Positions 1 through 9,476 of a stretch of 64,000 nt of DNA are shown here, one piece after another. Positions within the stretch are counted from its first letter, which is position 1; each line of letters opens with the position of its first letter. Source of the stretch: a virus. Its lineage: Duplodnaviria > Caudoviricetes. Where the stretch lies: IMG/VR virus record IMGVR_UViG_2937808278_000002, positions 2,622-66,621 of that record; one strand, written 5' to 3'. A program made the translations under genes and the position numbers. A model generated the notes under the pieces. That model was not told the DNA's origin. It did no database searches and saw only the letters and a list, made by a program, of their open reading frames with translations.

Positions 1-1683
1 TGCCAGCGACAGGCCACCGAAGGCAATGGTCACCGCAGAGAGGATGCCGCCAATTTTCATCAGGGTGTTGGAGAGCTCAGGGTTGCGCTTTGCCCAGTTG
101 CCAAGGCGTTCTGACAGGTCGCCGATCCATTCTGTGATGGCCTTTATCTCTGGTGCAATCGCCTCGCCAAAGTTGACCATGGCGTTGGTGAAGGTGCCGG
201 TGGCGGCATCCCACAGGCTGCCCAGGGTGCCAAGCTGGGCGTTGACCCGCTCTTGCAGGGCGGCTTGGTCGGCCATCTTCTTCTGGGTTGCGCGATAGCC
301 ATCCATCCCTTTGCTGATGATCAGCTCCAGCACCTGCAGGGTTTCAGCATCGTCGCCGTAGATGCCCTTCAGGACTTGCAGGCGGCGCTCGGTGTTCAAT
401 CCCTTCAGCTTGGCGAGCTGGGCAAACATGTTCTCCATCCCTGCGAATTCCCCCTTTCCGTCGGTGAAATTCAGCTTCAACCCGGTGCCTTTCGTGGCCT
501 TGGCAATCTTGCCAGTGTTCATGCTCATCTGGAAAACTTTGCGGTAGGCGTTCCCTGATGACTCGCCCGCCATGCCAGCCTGATCGGCCATGATGACCAA
601 CGGGGCCAGTACCTTAGCTGCCTCAAGCCCTGACTTGCGCAATATGCCCAGGGCCGGGGTGAGTTTGGTGAAGGCGCCCAGCATGTTGCCGCTGTCAACG
701 CCAAGGTAGAACGAGCGCTGGATGGTATCCATCAGCCCCATCATGTCTTGCTCGGCGGTGCCGGTGGCATCCTGCAGCTTGGCTGCAAACAGCGCCGCCT
801 GGTCGAATGGCATTTTCAACTGCACACCGAGGTAGGCCGTTGCCTCACCCAGGCCACCCAAGATGGACTTGGCGCTCATCCCCTGCTGGATCAGCGTGCT
901 CATCATGTTCTGGAAGTCCGCCGTGGTGCCCGGCAGTTTGTTGCCAAGCTTGGTGGCCAGATCGCTGATGGCTTGGAACTCCTGCCGCACCTGGCCGCCC
1001 TTGCCCATCATGGAGACCTTGAGGTCTACGACCGATGTTTCAGCTCTGGCGAACTCGATCACCGGTTTGAGGGTGGTCATGCCCATGGCTGTGCCGGTTG
1101 CCAGTGCCGTGGCGCCGTGGCCGGCAATCTGGCCGCGCAGCTCTTGGGTCTGGCGGTAGCTGGCCTTGACCTGGTTGAGGCGTTTTTGCTGGTCAGCCAG
1201 TTGGCCCAGCTTGGCGCGCTGCTGGTCAAGCTGACCGTTGGCGGCGGCCAAATCGGTTTTCAGGCGGCGCTGGGTTTCGCTGAGGTTGCTGGTGTTGATG
1301 CCGCTCTTGCGCATCGCCTCACCCATCTGAGCGTGACGGGTGATCATTTCCCCTTCTTTGGTCTTGAGCTGGTTGAGGGCTTTCTCTGCCTTGTTGAGCT
1401 CGTTGATCATCAGGCGGGTTGGCTTGGGGGTGTCGGCAATCTTGCGCTGTAGTTCGCTGAATGAACCCTCGGCCTGTTTCAGCTTTGCCTTGGTTGCGCC
1501 AATCTGGGCGCCCAGCGTCTTGTAGCCTTCGATTTGACCCGCTTGGGTTTCGAGGTCACGGATTTTCTTCTTGGTGTCGACCAGGTCTTTGGCGGTGATG
1601 CGGCTCTGGCCGCTGACTGCTTTGAGGGGGGCGGTGAGTTTGTCCACCGCCCCGAGCAGGATTTGTAACTTGAGGGTGCTCAT
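1..1683 (-). CDS. T: Tail tape measure protein (5' part; runs off the left edge)
   Basis: Manual translation from ATG 1683: MSTLKLQILLGAVDKLTAPLKA..., P2 gpT-like; follows E/E'. Confidence 0.9.
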   Translation of the reverse strand, partial: MSTLKLQILLGAVDKLTAPLKAVSGQSRITAKDLVDTKKKIRDLETQAGQIEGYKTLGAQIGATKAKLKQAEGSFSELQRKIADTPKPTRLMINELNKAEKALNQLKTKEGEMITRHAQMGEAMRKSGINTSNLSETQRRLKTDLAAANGQLDQQRAKLGQLADQQKRLNQVKASYRQTQELRGQIAGHGATALATGTAMGMTTLKPVIEFARAETSVVDLKVSMMGKGGQVRQEFQAISDLATKLGNKLPGTTADFQNMMSTLIQQGMSAKSILGGLGEATAYLGVQLKMPFDQAALFAAKLQDATGTAEQDMMGLMDTIQRSFYLGVDSGNMLGAFTKLTPALGILRKSGLEAAKVLAPLVIMADQAGMAGESSGNAYRKVFQMSMNTGKIAKATKGTGLKLNFTDGKGEFAGMENMFAQLAKLKGLNTERRLQVLKGIYGDDAETLQVLELIISKGMDGYRATQKKMADQAALQERVNAQLGTLGSLWDAATGTFTNAMVNFGEAIAPEIKAITEWIGDLSERLGNWAKRNPELSNTLMKIGGILSAVTIAFGGLSLA

Positions 1684-1811
1684 GATTCGTCTGCCCCGTT
1701 GATCTGGTTGTATCGCTCAACAAGGCGTTGGTGCCAGCCCATCAGCTCGTCGAGCTCCATGGCCGCCATTTCAGATGGCGGCCAGTGGGCGATGATGGCG
1801 AGATCTGCCAT
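1680..1811 (-). CDS. gpE' tail chaperone extension (43 aa from the internal ATG; also the -1 frame of E)
   Basis: MADLAIIAHWPPSEMAAMELDELMGW matches the P2 GpE family motif MADIAxIFHWPPSE; ATGA overlap with T. Confidence 0.85.
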   Translation of the reverse strand: MADLAIIAHWPPSEMAAMELDELMGWHQRLVERYNQINGADES

Positions 1812-1819
1812 CAGGTCGT

Positions 1820-2104
1820 CTATGCAGTTAGGTAGGCCTCCTGCTGCGAGCCCATCAAAAAACCGACCACCACGACCCCGGCCTTGAGCAGATCAGCCGG
1901 GTCCATGTCGCCCACTTCTTTCTCGGTCAGGTCGGTGATGCGGGGCAGCAGTTTGATCAGGGTGTCCACGTTCATCTGCACGATGTCCATGGTGTTGAGG
2001 CCGCGCAGGTGGGCGGCCTTTTTCGGGCTGCGGACAATCAGGCTGCTGATGGTGGTTTCGCCACGCTGGATGGGGGTATCGAGGATGATTTCTTTCTGTT
2101 CCAT
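1820..2104 (-). CDS. E: Tail assembly chaperone gpE
   Basis: 94 aa, LDTPIQRGETTI...HLRGL...LPRIT motif; position after the tube gene. Confidence 0.88.
   Translation of the reverse strand: MEQKEIILDTPIQRGETTISSLIVRSPKKAAHLRGLNTMDIVQMNVDTLIKLLPRITDLTEKEVGDMDPADLLKAGVVVVGFLMGSQQEAYLTA
1856..1862 (-). other. -1 ribosomal frameshift site TTTTTTG (E to E+E')
   Basis: GGT TTT TTG in E; the -1 frame continues F-D-G-L-A-A-G-G-L-P-N-C-I-D-D-L-M-A-D-L into E'; same T6G signal as P2. Confidence 0.85.
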
Positions 2105-2167
2105 GGTGTTTTTCCTGTTCGGTATGTCGTCACGGGCGGCAGTGCCGCCCGGTGGTGGTTGGGTGGG

Positions 2168-2683
2168 TTAGAGGCCGATGGCCTTGCGGTGTTCTTCCAT
2201 CAGGTCTTCTCCGCCGACTTTCCAGATCATGTTGATGAGGTCGATCTCGACCAGTTCTTCACCGTCGACGGTCACCTTGTAGTAGGTGTTGGCCATGCTG
2301 ACCTTTTGCTGGGTGTTGTCGCCGGTTTTGAGGGTGCCGCCATCCAGCTCTTTGATGCGGCCACGCTGGACGATTTCGACCGAAGAGACCTGGGCGGTGT
2401 CGTCGCGCTGGAAGGAACCCGCAAAGCGGAGCATGACGCCGTCAATCTTGGCCTGATGCTGCTTTTTGAACAGGGCTGCTTCGTAGCCGCCGAAGGTGAA
2501 TTCGGTATCGAGGGCGCCATCATCGAGGCCCATGTTGATATGGGCCGCCCCCGGCATGCCGCCGCCGCGGTAGGCTTCGAGTTTCAGTGTCAGTTTGGCC
2601 GGGGTGTACTCTTCGCCGACGCCGATCCAGTTGTCGCCGTCGAGGAACATGTTGAGGTGCTTGAGTTTGCGAGGCAGTGCCAT
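2168..2683 (-). CDS. FII: Tail tube protein
   Basis: MALPRKLKHLNMF...YRGGGMPG, typical P2 FII. Confidence 0.95.
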   Translation of the reverse strand: MALPRKLKHLNMFLDGDNWIGVGEEYTPAKLTLKLEAYRGGGMPGAAHINMGLDDGALDTEFTFGGYEAALFKKQHQAKIDGVMLRFAGSFQRDDTAQVSSVEIVQRGRIKELDGGTLKTGDNTQQKVSMANTYYKVTVDGEELVEIDLINMIWKVGGEDLMEEHRKAIGL

Positions 2684-2695
2684 GGTTGATGCTCC

Positions 2696-3874
2696 TTATG
2701 CTGCGGCCACGCGGGCGGCGAAGTCGACCAGGTAGCGGTCGGTGATGCGCTGCTGGAACATGAGGTTTTCAAGCGGCGGCACGGGAGTGTAGTCGTAGTC
2801 GATGTAGAGCTTGCCCGCCTTAAGGGTGTCTTTGTCGTTGACCTCCTCGTTGTACCAGCAGTCGAACCCGATGAGGTAGCCGAGGCTGACCAGCTCGCGG
2901 CCCTTGGCCTTGATGCCTTCGATGATGTCTTTGACCAGGGTGGGGGTCATGGGCTTATCGACCGCCCACATGTGGGCTTCGGCGATGGTGTCGGCCAAGA
3001 TCTGGGCGGTGCGGGTGTAGTTCTCGAACTGGAACAGAGGGTCGTCGGAACAGGTGCGGGAGCCCCAGAAGCGGAACCCATCAGCTTGGATCAGGCAGGT
3101 GATGTCGTCGGCGTTGAGCAGGCCCGCATCGGTGTCGGGGTCTTGCAGGCTCCAGAACACTTGTTTGGTCAGACCTTCTACGCCAGTGACGGCGACGTTG
3201 GAGAGGGTTTTATGCCAGCCGATTTCTTTGTCGATGAGTGCCCGCATGGCCATTGCTTTGGCGGTTGCCCAGATGGTGCCGCTGGCGTTGGTGGCGGTAT
3301 CCCACTTGGTGAAGTCGCCGAAGATGGGCATGACTTCACGCTGGCCGAAGTTGGCGCGGTAGGCTTTGGCTTCGGTCGGGGTGTTGCAGCCGTGGGTTGA
3401 TACGTAAGTGAAGGCGCGCAGCTTGACCGCCACGGCCGCCAGTTCAGTGGCGACCGGCAGGGTATCGAGCCCCGGCGCGCCGAGGATGCGCGGGGTCACG
3501 CCGGTGGCAGAGCTGGCCCGTTGCAGGGCTTTGAGGCCGGTGAAGCTACCATCCGGCAGCGCCTTGCCGATGACGTTGGAGGTGGTCTCTTCGTCGGTGG
3601 CGCCTTTGGCCACCCGCACCACGATGGTGATGGTGTTGACGGTGTCGGCGATGGCCTGCAGTGCTTTGGCCAGGGTGCCCTGGGTGCCGGCCTTGCCAAC
3701 GGCTTTTTGTACGTCGGTGATGATGACCGGGGTGTTGAGCGGGAAGGTGGCCGCATCGGCATCGTCCGCATGGCCAAGCAGGCCGATCACGGCCGTGGCG
3801 ATGGTACGAATGGTGCGAGTGCCTTCGTTGACTTCGACGACGCGCACGCCGTGATGATAACTGTCGAGTGCCAT
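2696..3874 (-). CDS. FI: Tail sheath protein
   Basis: YHHGVRVVEVNEGTRTI...GFRFWGSRTCSDDPLFQFENYTRTAQ, typical P2 FI. Confidence 0.96.
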   Translation of the reverse strand: MALDSYHHGVRVVEVNEGTRTIRTIATAVIGLLGHADDADAATFPLNTPVIITDVQKAVGKAGTQGTLAKALQAIADTVNTITIVVRVAKGATDEETTSNVIGKALPDGSFTGLKALQRASSATGVTPRILGAPGLDTLPVATELAAVAVKLRAFTYVSTHGCNTPTEAKAYRANFGQREVMPIFGDFTKWDTATNASGTIWATAKAMAMRALIDKEIGWHKTLSNVAVTGVEGLTKQVFWSLQDPDTDAGLLNADDITCLIQADGFRFWGSRTCSDDPLFQFENYTRTAQILADTIAEAHMWAVDKPMTPTLVKDIIEGIKAKGRELVSLGYLIGFDCWYNEEVNDKDTLKAGKLYIDYDYTPVPPLENLMFQQRITDRYLVDFAARVAAA

Positions 3875-3962
3875 GGTGGCGGTTCTCCTGTGTCCGGACG
3901 GAGGTGATCAATATGAGCACGGTCAGGATGCAGGGGCTGCGCACGACGGGCGAGCTGGCGCC

Positions 3963-3985
3963 GTTGTAAATGGCCGCTTTACAAC
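3963..3985. promoter_or_regulatory. Late-promoter activator (Ogr-type) site upstream of FI
   Basis: GTTGTAAATGGCCGCTTTACAAC dyad; the same dyad recurs at 7843 and 14631, the P2 late-promoter positions. Confidence 0.7.
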
Positions 3986-4043
3986 AGCGGCAGGGTGACG
4001 GCAGGCATAAAGAAAACACCCCGCACAGGGCGGGGTGGTGTAG

Positions 4044-4448
4044 TTACTTTTTCAGCTCTGCCAGCCAGTCAGGTTCTGGCGGCATGTCGATGTCAGGCCA
4101 GCCAGGCTGGGCTGGCCAGTCGCGCAATTGCTGTCGGTATGATTGCAGCTCGGTGTATTGCTCGGTAGATAGCGTCGTTTCAGTTAGATGTTCCAGCTCA
4201 TCTCGGTGTCTGGCCACTATCCACTCCGTTTTACTTAACTCAATATCCCTGTTATCTCTATACCATGATTCTGAAATCTGTGGTTTTACCTTTACCACCT
4301 TGCCATCAATAACACGCAACTCCAATGATTCTGACGGAGCTTTAAGCAAATCGCTGTATTCATCATCAGTTAGTGCAACCGCAGAATCAGGGATGTCGTG
4401 AATATCACTACTCAAGAATGCACCATCAATATAATACTTTTTTGTCAT
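4044..4448 (-). CDS. Tail fibre assembly chaperone (probable start MTKKYY)
   Basis: Follows the fibre gene; C-terminal YRQQLRDWPAQPGWP motif of tail assembly chaperones. Confidence 0.75.
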   Translation of the reverse strand: MTKKYYIDGAFLSSDIHDIPDSAVALTDDEYSDLLKAPSESLELRVIDGKVVKVKPQISESWYRDNRDIELSKTEWIVARHRDELEHLTETTLSTEQYTELQSYRQQLRDWPAQPGWPDIDMPPEPDWLAELKK

Positions 4449-4449
4449 G

Positions 4450-5343
4450 TTACACCCCGATAGCCATCCAATAAGCTGCTGATGCATCTTCCACATTAAT
4501 ATCTGTGCGCCATGTTCTTACTTGCATACTACTTAAAGTAACTGCTGCAATATTTGCACATGTTCTAAAGTCTTGATTTGCAGTCGCATACGCTGAAAAA
4601 ACGTGTCTAGGGAAAGATATTGGGTAATTTACAGTCAAAACCCCGCTTTTAGGGGTGGCGAACCCCCCCCACTGAATAATAATGCCGCCCAACCACGACG
4701 GGAAAACAATATATCCATTAGCTGCAATTAACCAAGAAATACCTTTTCGCAGTTTTTTAGGCGTCACTGCAATATTGTCTGATTGCCCTGCATCAGTTTC
4801 ATCCTGGGTGGCCAGCTTAACAAACCCCTTGGCTGATTCGCTGGCGTCCGGGTGATCTCGGCTTTCCTTATGCGCCTTCATTACGTCATCGACATATTTG
4901 CGGGTTGCCAGCACTACGGCTGGATCAATCTTGAGCTCGACTGAGTTGGTATCGCTGACGATCAGCACCATGCGGATGATTTGGGTTCGGCCTGCGCCGC
5001 TGGCAAGCAGTGGTTTGTAGGTGTCAGGCACATTGGCGACGGCTATCAGGGTGTTGCTGTCATCGTACAGGCCTACACAACGTATCCACCATCCTCCGAC
5101 GTCTTCCGGGATGATCTGCTCGGCTACCAGTTGTGATGCGGATAGCGGGTCTGGGAACAGGGTGTTGATGGCAGCGCGGCGTTTTTCGCCCGGGATGGCG
5201 GTCATTGCCGGATCGGGTGTTACTGGTTGGCCATTGCCATCGCCCACCGCCATCTGGGTGAGCTTGAGCGGAACCCCCAGCGCGATGGCGTTGGCGAGTT
5301 TGGCCGCTCCGGCATTGGTCAGGATGGCTCCAAAGTTGCTCAT
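4450..5343 (-). CDS. H: Tail fibre protein (short, 297 aa)
   Basis: P2 H-type N-terminus (ILTNAGAAKLANA...VLATRKYVDD), FVKLAT repeat, IIIQWG tip domain. Confidence 0.9.
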   Translation of the reverse strand: MSNFGAILTNAGAAKLANAIALGVPLKLTQMAVGDGNGQPVTPDPAMTAIPGEKRRAAINTLFPDPLSASQLVAEQIIPEDVGGWWIRCVGLYDDSNTLIAVANVPDTYKPLLASGAGRTQIIRMVLIVSDTNSVELKIDPAVVLATRKYVDDVMKAHKESRDHPDASESAKGFVKLATQDETDAGQSDNIAVTPKKLRKGISWLIAANGYIVFPSWLGGIIIQWGGFATPKSGVLTVNYPISFPRHVFSAYATANQDFRTCANIAAVTLSSMQVRTWRTDINVEDASAAYWMAIGV

Positions 5344-5978
5344 GCTGTCCTCGTGTTGTTGGTAAGTGGGTTGATGGTGATGGTGTCGATGGTGTGGGTG
5401 ATACCGCCGTGCCAGCTATGACCAGAGACAACGATGGGCCCCGGCTGGTATGGGTAAACTGTCAGTTCTTCCCCCAGATAGCAGGCGGCGCCCAGATAGG
5501 CTTTGCCTCTGGTTTCCAGACTGATGGCGAGCCCCTTCATGTGGCGGGTTAGTCCCTTGGCGTCGTCAATGAGCCGTTCCAGTTCGGCGTACATTTCGGC
5601 GGTGATGCCGGTGTCGAGCACGCCGACATCGAGCTTGAAGGTGCCCGGCTCTGCGTTCGGATTTTCTTGGTACCAGTGCAGCACCCTGATCAGGTAGCCG
5701 AGGGGTTCGACGGCGCGGCGGATGGCGCCGACGGTGCCCTTGTGGCGATGCACGAACGGTGCGTTGGCAATGACCTTGCGCTTGGTGGCTTCCGGCCAGT
5801 TCTCATCCCAGCGGTCGACCGACCGCTCGGCGGCCAGACTGGGCAGGCGCCAGGCTGGGCAGGTGTGCGGATCCCAGAGGGTGCGCAGTACCTCGACCGG
5901 CAGATCGCAGGCATTGGCCGCGACGGTGGCCAGCCTGCGTTCGGCAGGGGTGGCGTTGGGGGGCAGCAGGTCCATCAC
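5340..5978 (-). CDS. I: Baseplate/tail protein I
   Basis: LLPPNATPAERRLA...LWDPHTCP...HRHKGTVGAIRRAVEPLG. Confidence 0.93.
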   Translation of the reverse strand: MMDLLPPNATPAERRLATVAANACDLPVEVLRTLWDPHTCPAWRLPSLAAERSVDRWDENWPEATKRKVIANAPFVHRHKGTVGAIRRAVEPLGYLIRVLHWYQENPNAEPGTFKLDVGVLDTGITAEMYAELERLIDDAKGLTRHMKGLAISLETRGKAYLGAACYLGEELTVYPYQPGPIVVSGHSWHGGITHTIDTITINPLTNNTRTA

Positions 5979-6871
5979 GCGGCCTCTACGGTGTAGCCGG
6001 TACAGTAGGCGGCCTGGGTGTCGGTGGGGACGATGTCGGCCCAGCCGACCAGCTCGACCCAGGACACGCCAGGCACATGCAGCACGGCGTCGATGCCTGA
6101 GCGGGCGATGCGCACGCCGATGCGCTTGCGCGGGTTGACCCAGGTGGCCAAGGCGGTGCGGGCGGCGGCCAGGGCCAGTTCTGCCTCGGCACCGGTAAGG
6201 TCCATGTGCAGTTTGGCGGTGATGGTGTAGGGCAAGATCGTGGCGGTTTGGACGGTGAGCCGGTCGGCGACCGGCAGTCGGTCTTCATCGCTGCAGGCGG
6301 TGGTGGCGCTGGCGATCAGTTCTGCGCTGGCAGTGCCATCGCCCTCGCTGCTCACGATGGTGACCACGGCAACGGCCGGGCTGGGGCTGATGGCCTTGGC
6401 GTCGATGATGCGACCATCGGCCGAGCGGGCCCAGAATTCGTAAGCGCCGCGCGGGCCGGCGGTGCTCATGGCATCCCACGCCATCAGGGCGCGTTCGCGC
6501 AGGGCGTCGTCGCTTTCCATGATGGTGGGGATCGGCGGGGTGGCGGTGTCGTCGCCCTGCTGGACGGTCAATCGTTCGACATCCCAGTTTGCCACCAGAT
6601 TATCGAGGTCGGCCTCTTCTGCCCATGCCAGCATGTTGGCCACGGCGGCGCTGTTGATGCGGGCGCGCAGGATCAGCTCGCGATAGGCGTTTTCTTGCAG
6701 GTGGCGGGTCATCGGCTCTGACTCGAGGGCCAGGGTGGCGGTGACGGCGGCCTGTTGGTCTGCCGGATAGAGGGCGATCAGGGCGGCCTTGCGCTCGGCA
6801 AAGAGCGTTTCGAAGTCGAGCGGTTCGACGGCGTCCGGGGCAGCCAGTGCTGAGAGGTCGATGATGTTCAT
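5975..6871 (-). CDS. J: Baseplate assembly protein J
   Basis: IDLSALAAPDAVEPLDFE...STAGPRGAYEFWARSADGR. Confidence 0.94.
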   Translation of the reverse strand: MNIIDLSALAAPDAVEPLDFETLFAERKAALIALYPADQQAAVTATLALESEPMTRHLQENAYRELILRARINSAAVANMLAWAEEADLDNLVANWDVERLTVQQGDDTATPPIPTIMESDDALRERALMAWDAMSTAGPRGAYEFWARSADGRIIDAKAISPSPAVAVVTIVSSEGDGTASAELIASATTACSDEDRLPVADRLTVQTATILPYTITAKLHMDLTGAEAELALAAARTALATWVNPRKRIGVRIARSGIDAVLHVPGVSWVELVGWADIVPTDTQAAYCTGYTVEAA

Positions 6872-7227
6872 GGGGTTGCTCCGGTCGGTAGCTGGACGGT
6901 GCTGGATTCGAGCAGGCCGTTGTCGGCGCGGCGCCAGGTGAGGGTGATCGCACAGCCGCCGCCCAGTTCAGGGGCGCCGATCTCGACCTTGGTGATGCGA
7001 ATGCGTGGCTCCCAGAGGGTGAGGGCGTGCACGGTGGCGGCCATCAGACGCAGGCGGGTGGCGCCGTGCTGGGGCTGATCGATGAGGCTGAATATCTCGC
7101 TGCCGTAGTCGCGGCGCATCACGCGGGTACCGATCGGGGTGGTGAGGATGTTGCGCACCGATTGCAGGATGTGCGCGGTCTCGCTGAGGGTGCGACCGGT
7201 GTCGGCATTCATGCCCTGCCAGTTCAT
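6868..7227 (-). CDS. W: Baseplate protein W (gp25-like)
   Basis: HILQSVRNILTTPIGTRVMRRDYGS...WEPRI. Confidence 0.94.
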   Translation of the reverse strand: MNWQGMNADTGRTLSETAHILQSVRNILTTPIGTRVMRRDYGSEIFSLIDQPQHGATRLRLMAATVHALTLWEPRIRITKVEIGAPELGGGCAITLTWRRADNGLLESSTVQLPTGATP

Positions 7228-7796
7228 TGCGGGCCCCCTGTCTGGCCGCCGCCGGTACTGACGCCACCGTGTTTGTGGGTGGTGACTTCAATGCCGCCGA
7301 TGTTGGCGGTGGGGGCGGTGATCTTGCCGCCGGCGGTGATGGTGCTCCCGACCTTGAGCGCCTGGGTGCATTCCACCAGGGGGGTGATCAGCTTGACGGT
7401 GACGGAGGCCGAGAGCGTGGCGCTCTTGATGCCGCTGGCATTGAGCGCCCCGGTGGCAGGGTTGTACTCGATGACTGCGCCATCCGGGTATTCGATGCGG
7501 TCGAGGTCGCCGTTGTCGTCGTCGGCCAGTGGCTCGGGGTGCGCGTCCTGGTAGATGCCTGCCAACACAAAGGCGTTGCGCAGGTCACCGCTCAGGCTAA
7601 GCAGGATCACCTGTTCGCCGACGCTCGGGCGCATGCGGCGGCGGGTGCGACCGGCGCGCAGCACCAGATAGGGGCGCCAGTTGGTGTGGTTGCCCTTGGT
7701 GTCGACGCGGCATTCACCGGATCGCACCTCGGTCACGGTGCCGATGCGGATCAGGTCGTCGATTTTGCGGAGTAGGTCGATCAGGTTTGCGCTCAT
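7224..7796 (-). CDS. V: Baseplate spike protein V
   Basis: LIRIGTV...RPSVGEQVILLS...C-terminal THKHGGV iron-binding motif. Confidence 0.93.
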   Translation of the reverse strand: MSANLIDLLRKIDDLIRIGTVTEVRSGECRVDTKGNHTNWRPYLVLRAGRTRRRMRPSVGEQVILLSLSGDLRNAFVLAGIYQDAHPEPLADDDNGDLDRIEYPDGAVIEYNPATGALNASGIKSATLSASVTVKLITPLVECTQALKVGSTITAGGKITAPTANIGGIEVTTHKHGGVSTGGGQTGGPQ

Positions 7797-7842
7797 GTGG
7801 GGGAGTGTGTTTTGTCACAGCCCCCCTTTGCTATCGGCTGGC

Positions 7843-7865
7843 GTTGTAAACGGTGGTTTTACAAC
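7843..7865. promoter_or_regulatory. Late-promoter activator site upstream of V
   Basis: GTTGTAAACGGTGGTTTTACAAC dyad. Confidence 0.7.
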
Positions 7866-8317
7866 GAGGCGGTGAGGTGTTTGAACAGGGCGTCTTCAAT
7901 GCGGTCGATGTCGGCGTCGGTGATGCCGATCAGCTGGCGTTCCGGGTATTGCACGGTTTTGCCCCTGATTTTGTCGCGCAGGCCGAAGTGGTGAACCGTG
8001 GCGAGCCGGTTGGCGCTGCCGGTGAATGCCACGGTGGCCTCGCTGGCGGTGGCGGTGGCCTTGAGCCATGCCGGCTTGACCAGCTTGGTGAACATCCTGC
8101 GGCGGGTGGCGCCTTTGCGGCCGCGCAGCTTGGGCTGTGGCTTGCGCGGGGTCATGGCGGAGCCATCCGGCTGTTTGTTGGCGCGGATCCGTTCTGATTG
8201 GGTGGCCCGCATGGTGCGGGCAAGGTCGGCGGCCAGCTTGCGCCGTTCGCTGGCGGAGAGCTGGCCCAGCAGGGCGGCTGCTTGCTGGCCTAGTTGCTGG
8301 AGGGCGTCTGCGGCCAT
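7859..8317 (-). CDS. S: Tail completion protein S
   Basis: RIRANKQPDGSAMTPRK...VHHFGLRD...YPERQLIG. Confidence 0.9.
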   Translation of the reverse strand: MAADALQQLGQQAAALLGQLSASERRKLAADLARTMRATQSERIRANKQPDGSAMTPRKPQPKLRGRKGATRRRMFTKLVKPAWLKATATASEATVAFTGSANRLATVHHFGLRDKIRGKTVQYPERQLIGITDADIDRIEDALFKHLTASL

Positions 8318-8769
8318 GGCTGATGCTCCCCGTTGATAAAGAGTTCCCAGGTGATGCCGTCGTAGGGGTCTTCTGGCGGCTCCGGTACGTGCTCCCAGCC
8401 GATCCCCTCTTCCGTTTTGGTGACGATAACCCGTTCGGTGAGCTGGACGGTGATCAGCAGGTCGTAGAGATCCCCGGCCAGCAGCTCCGACTCGACCTTG
8501 ATGGCATCCTCACGCTTCTCCGCGTTGGTGAACAGCTCTGGCTGGTGTTGGCGCAGCCAGGCCAGCAGCGGCACGACCAGCTGATCCGGGTGGCCGGCAA
8601 AGTCGATGACGCCGATGGAAAGCGGGTATTGCCACTCGAACGAGAGGGAACGGGCGCCGGTGGCGACGATGCGGCCATCGCCCACGGTGAGGATCAGCCC
8701 TTCGGGATTCTGCGCCAGTTGCGGTACGCAGCGGGCAATCACGTCACGGATGGCGGCTGGTTTGAGCAT
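8290..8769 (-). CDS. R: Tail completion protein R
   Basis: MLKPAAIR...SLSFEWQYPL...VPLLAWLRQHQPEL...QLTERVIV. Confidence 0.9.
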   Translation of the reverse strand: MLKPAAIRDVIARCVPQLAQNPEGLILTVGDGRIVATGARSLSFEWQYPLSIGVIDFAGHPDQLVVPLLAWLRQHQPELFTNAEKREDAIKVESELLAGDLYDLLITVQLTERVIVTKTEEGIGWEHVPEPPEDPYDGITWELFINGEHQPWPQTPSSN

Positions 8770-9022
8770 GGTTCCTCCGGTGGCACTGGATCACGGCATC
8801 GACCCGGGCGGCGCAGGTGGCCCAGGCGGATTCGGTGGCGGTCAGCATGTCGAGCAGGTCGCCGTTATTGACCGGGCCCGCCAGCGGTAGCTGGCAGGGT
8901 GCCGGGGCGGGACAGGTGAGCCTGATAATCTGCGGCGCCGGTGAGGGCGGGGCGCTGGAGCAGCCCGACAACAGCAGCAGGCAGAGGGCGAGCTGCCCAG
9001 TCCTTGAGTTCTGCATTTTCAC
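8744..9022 (-). CDS. lysC: Outer-membrane spanin (Rz1/LysC-like lipoprotein)
   Basis: Lipobox LLSGC, Pro/Cys-rich, overlaps the i-spanin. Confidence 0.82.
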   Translation of the reverse strand: MKMQNSRTGQLALCLLLLSGCSSAPPSPAPQIIRLTCPAPAPCQLPLAGPVNNGDLLDMLTATESAWATCAARVDAVIQCHRRNHAQTSRHP

Positions 9023-9332
9023 GTTTGAGCCTCTTGATGGTATCGGCGCGGGTGGCGGCGGTCAGGGCCAGCTGGTCGAGCTGGCCCTGCAGCTGCTGGG
9101 TGGCCTCGTCACGGGCCGTCAGTTCGGTGGTGAGGGTGGTGATGGCGGTATCTTTGAGCTGTTCCCGCCGCTCTGCTTCTTTGGCCCTGTCGCTGGCGGC
9201 CTTGAGGTCGCTTTGCAGGGTGGTGACCTGGCCTTTGGCCGTGGCGGCTGAGGTGGCAGACCAGCCCCAACCGCCCAGGGCGACGGTCAGGGCCAGCAGC
9301 AACCAGGTGAGGGGGGAGCGTAGTAATGCCAT
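8865..9332 (-). CDS. lysB: Inner-membrane spanin (Rz/LysB-like)
   Basis: N-terminal TM, coiled coil, WAARPLPAAVVGL tail typical of LysB. Confidence 0.85.
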   Translation of the reverse strand: MALLRSPLTWLLLALTVALGGWGWSATSAATAKGQVTTLQSDLKAASDRAKEAERREQLKDTAITTLTTELTARDEATQQLQGQLDQLALTAATRADTIKRLKRENAELKDWAARPLPAAVVGLLQRPALTGAADYQAHLSRPGTLPATAGGPGQ

Positions 9333-9476
9333 TACGGTTTCCTCGGTTGTGGGGTGGGCTGTGGCTTATTCTGGTTACATCCTCTGAACGGGCAGACCAT
9401 GCAGCCACCAAGCCAGCGCAATTCCAGACACTTCGCATCCAGCTTGGTGCAGGTTTTCCCTACCAAGTGACCGCAC

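Noticed and set aside
9333-9476. Small gene between the endolysin and spanin
   Set aside because: No frame with a convincing RBS and start; left unassigned.
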